From Thermoanaerobaculia bacterium (GTDB taxonomy: Bacteria > Acidobacteriota > Thermoanaerobaculia > Multivoradales > Multivoraceae), in contig OY761158.1 of assembly GCA_963664405.1 (NCBI GenBank), positions 4,608,001-4,672,000 on the forward strand: a DNA stretch of 64,000 nucleotides, read 5' to 3'. Position numbers and translations under genes: made by a program. This document shows positions 38,981-50,072 of the stretch, piece by piece (the first letter of the stretch is position 1; the number at the start of each line of letters is the position of its first letter). The notes below the pieces were generated by a model. It was not told where the DNA came from. It saw only the letters and a list, made by a program, of their open reading frames with translations, and did not search any database.

Positions 38981-40939
38981 CTGAGGCTCGTATTTACAGC
39001 CCTCGTACTTTGCGCAGCGGCGCAAAGTGCTCTTGGCCAGTACGGCGCCGCCGATGGCGAGTGGCGTGAGTTCGGCGGCGACAAAGGCTCGTCGAAGTAC
39101 TCGCCGCTATCCCAGATCGACGCTTCGAACTTTTCGCAGCTCGAGGTGGCTTGGCGTTGGGAGTCGGCGGACCTCTTGGTCGACGAGAAGTCGCCCTACC
39201 CGCGCCAGAAGTTCCGCTCCACGCCGTTGATGGTGAAGGGTGTCGTCTACGTACCCACCGAGCTCAGTCAGCTGGCGGCCCTCGACGCGGGCACCGGCGA
39301 GCAGCTCTGGCTCTACGATCCCAAGAGTTACGAGCGGGGCAAGCCCGCGCAGGGCAACTACTACACCCGCTCGGTGGTGTATTGGACCGACGGCACCATC
39401 GAGCGCATCATCATGGCGACGATCGGCAGGCAGCTGGTGTCGATCGACGCCGTGACCGGACGCCCCGATCCCACTTTCGGCGAGGGCGGCATCGTCGATC
39501 TGTCGCGAGACTTGGGCCGCGAAGGCATCGCCATCCGCAACATCAGTCACGGAGTGCCGGCCATTGTAGTCCGCGACACCATCGTCCTCGGCTCGAGAGT
39601 CTTCGACCTGCCCCCGCGCGACAACAGCCCGCCAGGGCATATCCGCGCCTACGACGTGCGCACCGGCAAGCTCAAGTGGCGCTTCCACACCATCCCGCAG
39701 GAGGGCGAGGATTTCGTCGACACCTGGGGGAACGAGTCGTGGAGGACGGCGGGGAACACCAATGCCTGGGCACCGCTCAGCGCCGACGAGGAGCTCGGCT
39801 ATGTCTACGTCGGCACCTCGACCCCGACTAACGATTTCTACGGCGGCCACCGTCACGGCGACAACGTCTACGCCGAGAGCCTCATTTGCATTGATGTAGC
39901 GACCGGCAAACGCGTCTGGCACTTTCAGACCGTGCACCATGGGATCTGGGACTACGACATCGCCTCGGCGCCCAACCTGATCGATGTGGTTGTCGACGGC
40001 CGACTGGTCAAGGCCGTGGCGCAGGTGTCGAAGACGGCTTTTACCTATGTCTTCGACCGCGTCACCGGGGAGCCGCTGTGGCCGATCGAAGAGCGGCCGG
40101 TGAACAACAACTCGCCGGTTCCGGGCGAGCGACTCTCGCCGACTCAGCCCTTTCCGACCAAGCCGCCGGCCTTCGACCGCCAGGGCTTGGTTGTCGACGA
40201 TCTCATCGACCTCACTCCCGAGCTGCGCGAGGAGGCTCTCGAAATTGCGAAGGGCTATGTCATGGGACCGATGTTCCCGCCTGTGATCGTCAGCGGCGAG
40301 GGGGGCAAGGACGCGGCGATCGTTCTGCCCAGCGCCGGCGGCGGAGCGAACCACGCGGGTGCCTCGATCGACCCCGCGACCGGGATTCTCTACGTCCCGT
40401 CATCGACGAGAGTGTCTGCAATGGCGGTGGTGAAGCCAGACCCGGCGCGATCCGATTGGCGATATGTCCTCGATTCTTTTCGCGGCGTCGAAGGACCCCA
40501 GGGGCTGCCGCTCGTCAAGCCTCCCTACGGGCGCATCACCGCGATCGATCTTGGGACCGGCCAGCACGCCTGGAAGATTCCGTTCGGCGACGGCCCGACC
40601 CGACACCCGGCGATCAAACATCTCGACCTCGGCCCCCTGGGTAGCTCGCGGGTCGCCGATGAGGGCGGTCTTCTGGTGACAAGGACTGTGCTGATCGCCT
40701 ACATTCACAACTGGGACGACCTCGACAAAGAGCTTCTCGGCGGCACCATCCTCCATGCCTACGACAAGGCCACCGGCCAGCTTCTGGCGGAGCTCGAGGT
40801 CGACGCAACTCTGCACAGTGCGCCGATGACCTATATGCACCAGGGTCGTCAGTTCATCGTCATCGCGGGTGGCGACGAGAAGGGGAGACAGAGTCCGGCG
40901 GAGAAGGCGGAGCTGCTGGCGTTCGCCCTGCCTCGCTGA
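38981..40939 (+). CDS. PQQ-dependent quinoprotein dehydrogenase (glucose dehydrogenase-like); start uncertain
   Basis: KYSPLSQID, GHIRAYDVRTG, WHFQTVHHGIWDYD, PPYGRITAIDL, APMTY. Confidence 0.88.
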   Translation: MRLVFTALVLCAAAQSALGQYGAADGEWREFGGDKGSSKYSPLSQIDASNFSQLEVAWRWESADLLVDEKSPYPRQKFRSTPLMVKGVVYVPTELSQLAALDAGTGEQLWLYDPKSYERGKPAQGNYYTRSVVYWTDGTIERIIMATIGRQLVSIDAVTGRPDPTFGEGGIVDLSRDLGREGIAIRNISHGVPAIVVRDTIVLGSRVFDLPPRDNSPPGHIRAYDVRTGKLKWRFHTIPQEGEDFVDTWGNESWRTAGNTNAWAPLSADEELGYVYVGTSTPTNDFYGGHRHGDNVYAESLICIDVATGKRVWHFQTVHHGIWDYDIASAPNLIDVVVDGRLVKAVAQVSKTAFTYVFDRVTGEPLWPIEERPVNNNSPVPGERLSPTQPFPTKPPAFDRQGLVVDDLIDLTPELREEALEIAKGYVMGPMFPPVIVSGEGGKDAAIVLPSAGGGANHAGASIDPATGILYVPSSTRVSAMAVVKPDPARSDWRYVLDSFRGVEGPQGLPLVKPPYGRITAIDLGTGQHAWKIPFGDGPTRHPAIKHLDLGPLGSSRVADEGGLLVTRTVLIAYIHNWDDLDKELLGGTILHAYDKATGQLLAELEVDATLHSAPMTYMHQGRQFIVIAGGDEKGRQSPAEKAELLAFALPR

Positions 40940-40953
40940 GGAAGTGGACCTAA

Positions 40954-42958
40954 GGGTCGGCGCGGAAATAAGTTTCCAGTATCTGGGGTGACCATACCAC
41001 TGCCCCCTTCTTCAGCCACCGCATAATCCTCCGGTACGCGCCTTGTTTGCAAGGTTTAGAGCTAGCATAGCCCTGCCCGCATTTGGTATAGTTTCCCCTG
41101 TCACCTCTTTTGGAAGGGGAACTATACCAAATGGTACGAGCCGAAGATCGTGATGCAACAGTGCGCGAGCTCTTGATGAGCGAACAGATGGCCACCATGG
41201 ATGAGCTCAAGGACGCCATGGGAACCCGAGCCACCATGACGGTCTACCGTTCGCTGTCTCGATTGGGCTATTTGGCCAGCTACTCGGATCGAGGGCGGTT
41301 CTATACCTTGAACGAGATTCCCGATTTCGACGATCTGGGTTTGTGGTCGTGCGGTTCGGCGAGGTTCAGTCGGCATGGCAGCCTCCTCGAAACTGCGGTG
41401 GCTGCCGTGGACCGGTCCGCTGCCGGCTATACGGCTTCTGAACTCGAGCTCCTGCTGCAGGTCGAGGTCAAGCACGCGATGTTGCACCTCGTTCGTCGCA
41501 AGAGAATCGTACGATCCAGAGTTGGGAAGAGGTTCGTATACTTGTGCTCGGAAACAGGGCGCCGTCGTCAGCAGAAGCTGATGCGCAACGAACGGCAGGC
41601 TCTCCAGGATGTAGCTGCCAGCCTCGTTCCAGAAGTGCTCCCCGAGGAGCTCAGGGCTGCCATCGTTTTATTCTTCAGCCTGCTAGACGAACGCCAGCGG
41701 CGGCTCTTCGCTGGCCTGGAAGCGACCAAGCTCGGGCATGGCGGCGACCGGAAGATCGCCGATCTTCTGGACCTGGACCCTCATACAGTCGCAAAAGGAC
41801 GTCGCGAGCTCTTCGGCGGCTCCGTGGAGCGCGGAAGAGTTCGAAGAGCAGGCGGTGGCAACCAACGAGTGGAAAAAAAACGCCCGAGATAGTCGATGGA
41901 ATCCATTCCATACTCGAGGCCGATATAGCTGGTGATCCCATGTCATCAAAAAGATGGACGCACGAGACCGCTGCAAAGGTGGCCCAATGCCTTGCCGAAC
42001 GCCTTGACATCATCGTATCGGCTACGGTGGTGCGTCGATTGCTCGCAGACCTGAACTATTCCCTCAAGAGCAATAGGAAATGTCTGTCTTCGGGGAACTC
42101 CCCAGATCGTGATGCACAGTTCAAGGCCATCAAGCGACTGCGCGAGGATTTCACAAGCGCTGGCGACCCGATCATCAGCGTCGATACGAAGAAGAAGGAG
42201 CTGATCGGTCGGTTCAAGAACCAGGGACAGACATGGTGCCGCGAGGCCAAGCGGGTCAAGGATCACGACTTCCGGTCCGAAGCTCTCGCCATCGCCTCCC
42301 CCTATGGGATCTACGATCTTCAGAGGAACTTCGGCGTTCTCGTCCTCGGACAGTCGTCGGACACGCCGGAGTTCGCTGTCAACAGCATCGCGACCTGGTG
42401 GCTCAAATACGGTCGATCTCACTATCCGGCGTCTCAGCGTCTCCTCATTCTTGCCGACAGCGGCGCAAGCAACGGCGCACGGCTTCGAGCCTGGAAGAAG
42501 TACCTCCAGGAGAAGCTCGTAGACAAGTGCGGCCTCATCATCACCGTCGCCCACTATCCAACTGGCACCAGTAAATGGAATCCCATCGAGCACAGGATGT
42601 TCAGCGAGATCAGCAAGAACTGGGCCGGAGTTCCTCTCGAGAGTTTCGAGATCCTCGTCAACCTCGTCCGCAACACGACGACATCCACCGGACTGCGCGT
42701 CGAGCCGTGCCGTGATCAACGCCAATACCAGAAAGGAGTCAGGGTATCGGACAAGGAAATGCTGCAGCTCGCGGTGGCCAGGAGCGACTTCCTAGGAAAG
42801 TGGAACTACACCCTCTCGCCGAGACCGCGAACCGAGCAGGAAGAGCTTGCCCCACAGCCTGGGCTCAGCTCACCACCACCTCCAATGCAGCGACCGCCCT
42901 GTGGCGCCTCGGCCTCACACGCTCCGGCGATAATGTGAAGTTATTTCCGCGCCGACCC
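40954..42958 (+). mobile_element. ISAzo13-family insertion sequence
   Basis: Perfect 18-bp IR GGGTCGGCGCGGAAATAA; TAA duplicated on both sides. Confidence 0.92.
41110..42938 (+). CDS. ISAzo13 transposase, two ORFs joined by a probable -1 frameshift at GGAAAAAAAAC (41871-41881)
   Basis: LDERQRRLFAG in ORF A; GDPMS, ISVDTKKKELIG, SKWNPIEHRMFS, WNY in ORF B. Confidence 0.88.
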
Positions 42959-42990
42959 TAAGCGAACGAATACTCATCGCTCCTCACTCC

Positions 42991-45900
42991 TCACTCCCCG
43001 AGGGGAATGCGTCGCACGTCCACCGGAATCGGTGCTTCGGTCCCCTCGACGATGCGGTAGACACGGTTCACCGCCAGCGGGCCAAAGCGTTGCTCGAGTC
43101 CGCTCCCCGGCCATTGGACGATCAACTCTCGGACCTCGCCGCCTTCGCCGACGCCGATCTCCTGTTGCAGACTGGAGCCCCCGAAAGAGCCGCCGCTGCC
43201 GACGACGCGATGAATCGAGCGCCGCGTTCTGCCATTCCCGACCACGAGCTCGATACGCGCTCCGATCGCCGACCGGTTGGCCCGGTTGCCGACCAGGCGC
43301 AGAGTCACCCATCCGCCTTGGGTGCCGGGGTTGAGGAAGAGGGCGTTACCGAATGAATCGGCGGGGAAGAAGCCGCCGAGCTGATGGAGCAGGTCCTGGT
43401 CGCCATCGTTGTCGAGGTCGCCGAAATTAGCGCCCATGGTCATCGACGGGCGTCCGAGACCGACGTTTAGCGAGACCTCGGTGAACCCTGGCGCTCCGGT
43501 CTCGGCCAGGTCGTTGCGGTAGAGCAGGGCCCGGTCGCCAGGAAGATCGACCTCGAAGTAGGAGGCGGTCACCAGCGCGGTCTGCTCGCGATAGTCGGTG
43601 ACGAAGAGGTCGAGGTCACCGTCGTTGTCGTAGTCGAAGAACCAACTGGCGAAGCTCGGCTCGGGTTGCGTTACTCCGAGCCGTGAAGCCACGTCGGTGA
43701 ACTTGACCTGGCCGCTGGCGGGCCCGCTGTCGTTGCGGTAGAGGCGGTTCCCCTGACCGTTGTTCGAGACATAGAGATCGGCGTCGCCGTCGTTATCGTA
43801 GTCGCCCCAGACGACACCCTTGGTGTAGTGCCTGTTGAGAACGCCCGCCTGTGTGGCGACGTCGATGAAGACGACCTGGCCGTCGGCCCCGGCTCCTTCG
43901 TTGCGGAACAGTTGCGACGGGTAGTCCTTCTCGTCTTTTCCTTCGTTACCGATGTAGAGGTCCAAATCGCCGTCGCCGTCGAAGTCGGCCCAAGCCGCGG
44001 TCTGGGTGGGATAGGCGGGCTCCGCAAGCCCGGCGCTGTGGGTCACGTCGCTGAAGCCTCTGCCGTCGCTGAGGTCGTTGCGCAACAGCGAGTTGCGAAT
44101 CTTTCCTTCTTCCTTGAGCCATGCTCCGCGCAGGATCAGCAGATCCAGATCGCCATCGTTGTCATAATCGGCGTGGACCAGGTTCAAGCCGCCGAGCTGG
44201 CCGTCGAGCTTCCACGCCTTGCTGACGTCTTCGAAGCCGCCGCGGCCGTCGTTGCGGTAGGCCTTGGCGCCGTCACAGGGGTCCCAGGTGGTGGTTACGA
44301 GATCCAGGTTGCCGTCGCCGTCGAAGTCGTCCATCACGGCGCCGCCGGCTAGGTCCAGGGCGTTGACCGCGAGCTCCGGTGCGACATCACGCCAGTGGCC
44401 GAAGGGCTGCTCCGAGGCGAACGCCCCCTCAGGCAGTCGCAGCTTCTCCGGCACTCCGTCGGGGTAGTCCCCCGAGACGCTGCGTGCCAGATTGAGGAGC
44501 CAGGCCGCCTGGATGTTGCGCGGGTGTGCCTCGGCGTACTCGAGCAAGAGATCACCGGCGATGCGGCTTGCCTCAGGGAAGGGGTGGATTCCCTCGCGCG
44601 TAATCGGCAGCAGGCAACTTGCCGCGGTCCGGTGGCCGACGCAGTTCTGATCCTCGGCTCGTTGCAGCTGGGCGAGTGCCAGGTACCAGTGAACGAAAGA
44701 GCGCATGTCGCCTCTGATGTACTGCTCCTGGGCGTCTTCCCATGCTTCAGAAAGGATGGCGATGGCCTCATCCGTTCGACCCAGAATCAGGGTCTGGAAT
44801 CCCATCAGGCCGCGAGTGAAGATCTGCTGGTTGGGGTCCAGCCCCCCACGCGCCAGTTTCTCCTGCTGCTGGCGGAGAACGAAGTCGCTGAAGTAGTTGT
44901 TCCGTCCGGTCTTGAGCTGTTGGCAGGCGTCTGCGAGGTCCTGCTCGTTCGTGGACTTGGTCTCCGCGGTCGTTGCGACCGGCGCGGGTAACAGCACTCC
45001 CGACTCCCAGTCTTCGCGCATCCGTTGTGCCTGCTCGTGCCCGGGCTCGATTGCGAGTAGCCTGTCGAGCTCTCCGAGGCCTAGCTCGCCCTGGTCGAGG
45101 GTGAAGTGGGTGAGAGCGAGACCGAGGTGGGCGGCGGTGCTCTCGGGCCGCAAACGGATGGCCTTCTCGAAGCCCGACTTGGCTTCACTCATTCGCCCTT
45201 GTCGTCCCCAGACGCGCGCCAGGGGGAGGATCGCTTCGAAGCGATCGGGGTTAACCGACAGCACCTTCCGGTAGAGGGACTCGGCCTCCTCCAGGTCTCC
45301 GGCGCTCAACCGGCGGTCGGCCTGGGCGACCAGGGTCCTCAGGTCGTTGCGGCCGGCGAGCACCTGGTCTAGGAGCGGATCGAGGGGCGAAGCCCTGTTC
45401 ACTCCTCCGCCGAGTCCTTCCAGGTAGCGAGAAGCGTCTTCCAGTCGGCCGAGGTCGGAATAGGCCGTGCCGAGGAGATAAGAGGCCTCTTCCAGGGTGG
45501 GGTCGATCTCGAGTGCGCGCTGTAGTTGGCGCACCGCCTCCTCAGGCCGCTCCCTCTGCCGTGCGAGCTTGGCCATCCCCAGATGCCCCCAGGGTTGGCC
45601 GGGAGCTCTGGTGAGGAGCTCCTCGAACGCCGCCTCCGCCTGCTCTAGTCGTCTCTGGGCCAGAAGAGTGTTGCCCAGGTGATGGAGGGCGGCGAGGTAG
45701 TCGGGAGAGAGTGCCCGCATCGCTTGGAAGTAGTTGATCGCGTTCGTCGGCTCGCCCTCTTCGTTGGCGAGCAAGGCGAGGTAGTAGGGCCAATCGGAGG
45801 TATCCGGCTCCATTTGACGGGCGATCTCGTAGCAGCGTCTGGCCAGCTCGTTGTAGCCGTGGGCATGGTAGGTGCGGCCCAGGCGACCCTAGGCGGCGCC

Positions 45901-46206
45901 GTTGGCGCTGTCCTGACGGAGCGCTTCGGCGTCTTGCCGGATCTGCTCGGCAACCAGAGGGTCCAGGTCGTCGAGGCTTTCGAGCTCCAGGTCGTACAGC
46001 GCAGTCGCGGGCGATAGGGACGGGGCCTCCTTGGAAGCGAATCGAACAAAGAGAGTCGCAGCGATCGCCAGGACCAGGATAGCCAGGGCACCGAAGAGAT
46101 AGGGGCGGGGACTCTTGGGCGGCTCTTCCTCTTGGTTCTTCGCCTTGGGCGCGGCTGCCGGCTTCTGGGGAGTTGGCTTCCGTTTGCGGCGTCGCTTGCG
46201 AGCCAT
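42991..46206 (-). pseudogene. TPR + FG-GAP/ASPIC-UnbV (CRTAC1-like) protein with in-frame TAG at 45889-45891 and a probable internal deletion
   Basis: NGAA*GRLGRTYHAH continues in frame to MEPDTSDW; DxDxDGDxD repeats; C-terminal NRSAIGARI. Confidence 0.82.
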
Positions 46207-46207
46207 C

Positions 46208-47971
46208 TCAGAGCCCCTCCCCGGTCTTGGCTTCTTCTCTATCGAGCGGGGGCTCGACCAGCTCCAGGAACTGGTCGGCGGCTACGTTGAGGAGATCCTG
46301 GCTAGTGCCATCAGGCCAGACGACCGTCAGTCGCTCCACCTCCGCGAGCTCGCCGAGCCCGAAGTGAAGGCGGGGGTCGTTGCTCGAGCAGTAGCTGTAG
46401 GCCGGCTGCACCTGGCGCCGCACGATGCGGCCATTCCGATGCAGCTCCACCACCGCGCCCAGAGAATCGCGATCGTTGCGACCCACCGTTTCGACCGATA
46501 GGAAGTGGTTCTCGCCGCCGACCTCGTTGCGAAGCAGACGCACCGGACCGCCGTTGTTTGCTACCAGGATGTCCACGTCACCGTCATTGTCGTAGTCGCC
46601 GAAGGCCGCACCCCGGCTCACCTCGGTCTGGGCAAACGCGTCGCCGGCCATGGCAGAGACATCTTCGAAGCGTCCGTCCAGCTGCCCTCGGAACAACTGG
46701 TTGGGCTCACTGTAATCGTAGCGCAGGGACCCGTCGGCGGCGCGGATGGGGTGGTCCTGAAGGTGCCGAGTCTGCACCTTGCCATTGGCGATGAAGAGAT
46801 CGAGGACGCCGTCGTTGTCATGGTCGAAGAGGCCCGTGCCGAAGCCGGTGTAGGCGTGGCTCACCGAGCCGAGATCGAGGGCGTCGGTGACGTCGCGGAA
46901 ACTCCCCCCAGCGTTGCGGTAGAAGGTGTTGGTCTCGCCACTGAGATGAGTCATGAAGAGATCCCAATCGCCATCGACATCCACGTCTTCGGTTGTGATC
47001 CCCATGCTGCCTTCGGGCTGGCCCGTTGCATTGAAGGCCGCACCGCGGATCAAGGCCTCCTCGCTGAAAGTGCCGTCGCCGTTATTGCGCCACAGATGGT
47101 TGGCCATGGCGTCGTTGGCGACATAGATGTCGACCCAGCCGTCGCCGTCGAAGTCGGCGGTGACGATTCCCAGGCCGGTGGCCTCGACCGTGGCGATGCC
47201 CGAGGCGGTGCTGACGTCGGTGAAGCGGACCTCGCCTTCCGGTCCGGCGCCGTCGTTGCGATAAAGAGTGTCGGCCTGTGGGCGCTGATAGGCCATCGGG
47301 TTGCAGTAGCCGGGCAGACCGCTCGAGCCGAGGCAAGGTCTTTCGATCTCGAAAGACCAGTCGACGTAGTTACAGACAAAGAGGTCGAGATCGCCGTCGG
47401 CGTCATAGTCGACGAAAGCGGCGCTGGTGGAGTAGCCGGGGTCGCCGACGCCGGTGGTCTCGGTAACGTCGTCGAAGCCGACGCGGCCGTCCGCGTCCGT
47501 CCCTCGGTTGCGATATAGCGTGTTGCGACCGAAATTGGTCACATAGAGATCCACCCAGCCGTCACCGTCGAAATCGGCGGCGGCGATTCCCGATCCGTAA
47601 CCGTCATCGCCGACTCCGGCACTCTCGGTGATTGGCTCGAAGCTGCCGTCGCCGCGGTTGCGGTAGAGCGCGTTGGTCGCTGGCTCGGGGCTGGAGGTGG
47701 GTGACAGAGGTCCCGATTGGATGAGGTAGATGTCGAGAAAAGAGTCGTTGTCGACATCGACAAAGGCGGCTCCCGCCCCCATCTGTTCGGGAAAGTAGAA
47801 CTTCCCTGTGGCGCCATTCTCATGGACGAAGTCGATACCCGACGCCGCGGCGACCTCGACGAACGGCGGCGGCGGCGGGGGGGAGTGCGGCTCACGGCAG
47901 GAGAATAACGTCAATGCGCAAGCGGCGATCGCGACCCAGGCGCAGGGCCGGGGGGTTCGAGGAAGCTGCAT
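46208..47971 (-). CDS. CRTAC1-family FG-GAP/ASPIC-UnbV lipoprotein
   Basis: EQMGAG, DxDxDG repeats, SRGAAFGDYDNDG, SYCSSNDPRLHFGLG. Confidence 0.9.
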   Translation of the reverse strand: MQLPRTPRPCAWVAIAACALTLFSCREPHSPPPPPPFVEVAAASGIDFVHENGATGKFYFPEQMGAGAAFVDVDNDSFLDIYLIQSGPLSPTSSPEPATNALYRNRGDGSFEPITESAGVGDDGYGSGIAAADFDGDGWVDLYVTNFGRNTLYRNRGTDADGRVGFDDVTETTGVGDPGYSTSAAFVDYDADGDLDLFVCNYVDWSFEIERPCLGSSGLPGYCNPMAYQRPQADTLYRNDGAGPEGEVRFTDVSTASGIATVEATGLGIVTADFDGDGWVDIYVANDAMANHLWRNNGDGTFSEEALIRGAAFNATGQPEGSMGITTEDVDVDGDWDLFMTHLSGETNTFYRNAGGSFRDVTDALDLGSVSHAYTGFGTGLFDHDNDGVLDLFIANGKVQTRHLQDHPIRAADGSLRYDYSEPNQLFRGQLDGRFEDVSAMAGDAFAQTEVSRGAAFGDYDNDGDVDILVANNGGPVRLLRNEVGGENHFLSVETVGRNDRDSLGAVVELHRNGRIVRRQVQPAYSYCSSNDPRLHFGLGELAEVERLTVVWPDGTSQDLLNVAADQFLELVEPPLDREEAKTGEGL

Positions 47972-48024
47972 GGAATAGAAGACGATCTTAGTTGTCTACC
48001 AGGACGCCAACAAGTTCTGTGGAT

Positions 48025-48058
48025 CCTCAGGCGAGGATGAGCCGGCCCTCGCCTGAGG
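48025..48058. promoter_or_regulatory. 12-bp perfect inverted repeat in a divergent intergenic region
   Basis: CCTCAGGCGAGG-N10-CCTCGCCTGAGG; function unknown. Confidence 0.35.
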
Positions 48059-48098
48059 TAGGATAGAAGGTCTATCTCGGCTTGAAAGGGGGCTTTGT

Positions 48099-49880
48099 AT
48101 GGCTCGTCTTCGTCTGGTCTCGATTGTAGCGATCCTTTTACTGTCGTTGCCCGCGTTGGCGGCTGATCGCAATGCCTACTTCGGCGATCTGCACATTCAC
48201 ACCGCCTATTCGATGGATGCCTTCGCTTTTGCCACCCGTACCACCCCCGATGACGCCTATCGTTTTGCCGCCGGCGAGGCGATCGAGCATCCCTCCGGTC
48301 ACGACATCAAGCTCGACCGGCCGCTGGACTTCTACGCGGTCACCGATCATGCCGGCTATCTCGGTGTGCTCAAGGCGCTGGCCGATCCTTCCCACCCGCT
48401 GGCCAACGACCCGCAGGCACTGCTCTACACCGACCGGGCCAGCATCAAGGGGCGAGGAGCCTACTTACCCGGCGCCACCGAGTTTCAGGCCGAGCACAAC
48501 AGCCCAGAGATTCTGCGCTCCGCCTGGCAGGACATCGTCGGCGCGGCTCAGCGCCACTATCGTCCCGGTACTCTGACCACTTTCATCGCTTACGAATACA
48601 CCACCTCACGCGACGGCGCCAATCTGCACCGCAACGTGATCTTCAAGGGCAGCCGGGCGCCGGAGGCTCCCTTCAGCCGCCTCGACTCGACCAACCCCGA
48701 AGACCTGTGGACGTGGATGGACGCTCAGCGCGCTGACGGCATCGAAGCGCTCGCCATTCCCCACAACTCGAACGGCTCCGACGGTTGGATGTTCCAGACC
48801 GAGCAGTTCGACGGCAGCCCGCTGGACGCTGCCTATGCGGAAAAGAGGATGCGCAACGAGCCCGTTGTCGAAGTCACTCAGGTCAAGGGCACCTCGGAGA
48901 CCCATCCCTTCCTCTCGCCGAACGACGAGTGGGCGGATTTCGAGATCTTTCCCTACATCATCGGCTTGGGGTTCACCAAGAGCCGCCCCCGAGGCAGCTA
49001 TGTGCGCGAGGCCTGGCTCAATGGCCTTGCCTTCCAGAGCGAGGAGGGGTTCAACCCCTACCGCTTCGGCATCATCGGCGCCAGCGACACCCACAACTCC
49101 GGCTTCCAGTTCCAGGAGTCGCGCTATACCGGCAAGGTCGGCGTCCACGACTACTACCCTCAGAGCCGCGGCTCGGTTCCCACCGGCACTCTCGATGGCA
49201 TGCCGACCTATCGCGATGTCTGGCGCATCTACTATGGCGCATCGGGCCTGACCGGCGCCTGGGCCGACGAGAACAACCGCGACGCCATCTACGACGCGTT
49301 CCGGCGCAAAGAGACCTTCGCCACCACCGGTCCGCGGATCCGAGTGCGCTTGTTCGCCGGCGCCGACCTTCCCGCCGATCTCCATACCCGTCGCGACATG
49401 GCCGAGGTGGGATACGCCAGAGGTGTCGCGATGGGTGGCGATCTGAGCGCGAGTCACGGCGAGCCGAAGTTCGTGGTCACGGCGCTCCGCGATCCTCTGG
49501 GGGCTCCGCTCCAGCGTCTGCAGATCGTCAAAGGGTGGATCGAGGGCGGTGAGGAGCGCGAGCAGGTCTTCGATGTGGCGTGCTCTGACGGGCAGCGTGT
49601 AGATCGCGCCACCCATCGTTGCCCCGACAACGGCGCTTCGGTCGATCTCACCACCTGCGCGATCAGCACTGGTGTCGGTGACGATCAGCTCGCAACGACA
49701 TGGACCGACCCCGCTTTCGACGCCGCGCAGGAGGCTTTCTACTACCTTCGCGCTCTCGAGAACCCGACCTGTCGCTGGTCGACGTGGGATGCCGTTCGCG
49801 CCGGAGTGGCGCCGAGGGCGTCGACACCCGCCACGATTCAAGAGCGTGCGTGGTCCTCGCCGATCTGGGTCCAGCCCTAG
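48099..49880 (+). CDS. DUF3604 (PHP-like metallohydrolase) secreted protein
   Basis: FGDLHIHTAYSMDA, VTDHA, NLHRNVIF, IPHNSNGS, QERAWSSPIW. Confidence 0.9.
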   Translation: MARLRLVSIVAILLLSLPALAADRNAYFGDLHIHTAYSMDAFAFATRTTPDDAYRFAAGEAIEHPSGHDIKLDRPLDFYAVTDHAGYLGVLKALADPSHPLANDPQALLYTDRASIKGRGAYLPGATEFQAEHNSPEILRSAWQDIVGAAQRHYRPGTLTTFIAYEYTTSRDGANLHRNVIFKGSRAPEAPFSRLDSTNPEDLWTWMDAQRADGIEALAIPHNSNGSDGWMFQTEQFDGSPLDAAYAEKRMRNEPVVEVTQVKGTSETHPFLSPNDEWADFEIFPYIIGLGFTKSRPRGSYVREAWLNGLAFQSEEGFNPYRFGIIGASDTHNSGFQFQESRYTGKVGVHDYYPQSRGSVPTGTLDGMPTYRDVWRIYYGASGLTGAWADENNRDAIYDAFRRKETFATTGPRIRVRLFAGADLPADLHTRRDMAEVGYARGVAMGGDLSASHGEPKFVVTALRDPLGAPLQRLQIVKGWIEGGEEREQVFDVACSDGQRVDRATHRCPDNGASVDLTTCAISTGVGDDQLATTWTDPAFDAAQEAFYYLRALENPTCRWSTWDAVRAGVAPRASTPATIQERAWSSPIWVQP

Positions 49881-50072
49881 CCTCCGGAAATGATGGCTAT
49901 CATTTCCTGCGGCTAGTTGTTTTTTGGCGCCGAGGACGGCGCACTCGGGACTTGCTTCCTATTCGCTTCGGGCAGAGTTGCGTTTCCTGCCGAGGTCCTA
50001 GAGAAGATTTCGCCCGAAGCGTATAGAAAGCATCGCCCAAGTGCGCCGTCCTCGGCGCCAAAGAGTAACTAG
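49877..50072. repeat. REPIN-like palindromic element: left hairpin and core (right hairpin displaced to 51588-51627)
   Basis: 40-bp CTAG-bounded hairpin with GGAAATGATGGCTATCATTTCC, plus arms TTTGGCGCCGAGGACGGCGCACT/AGTGCGCCGTCCTCGGCGCCAAA. Confidence 0.85.
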
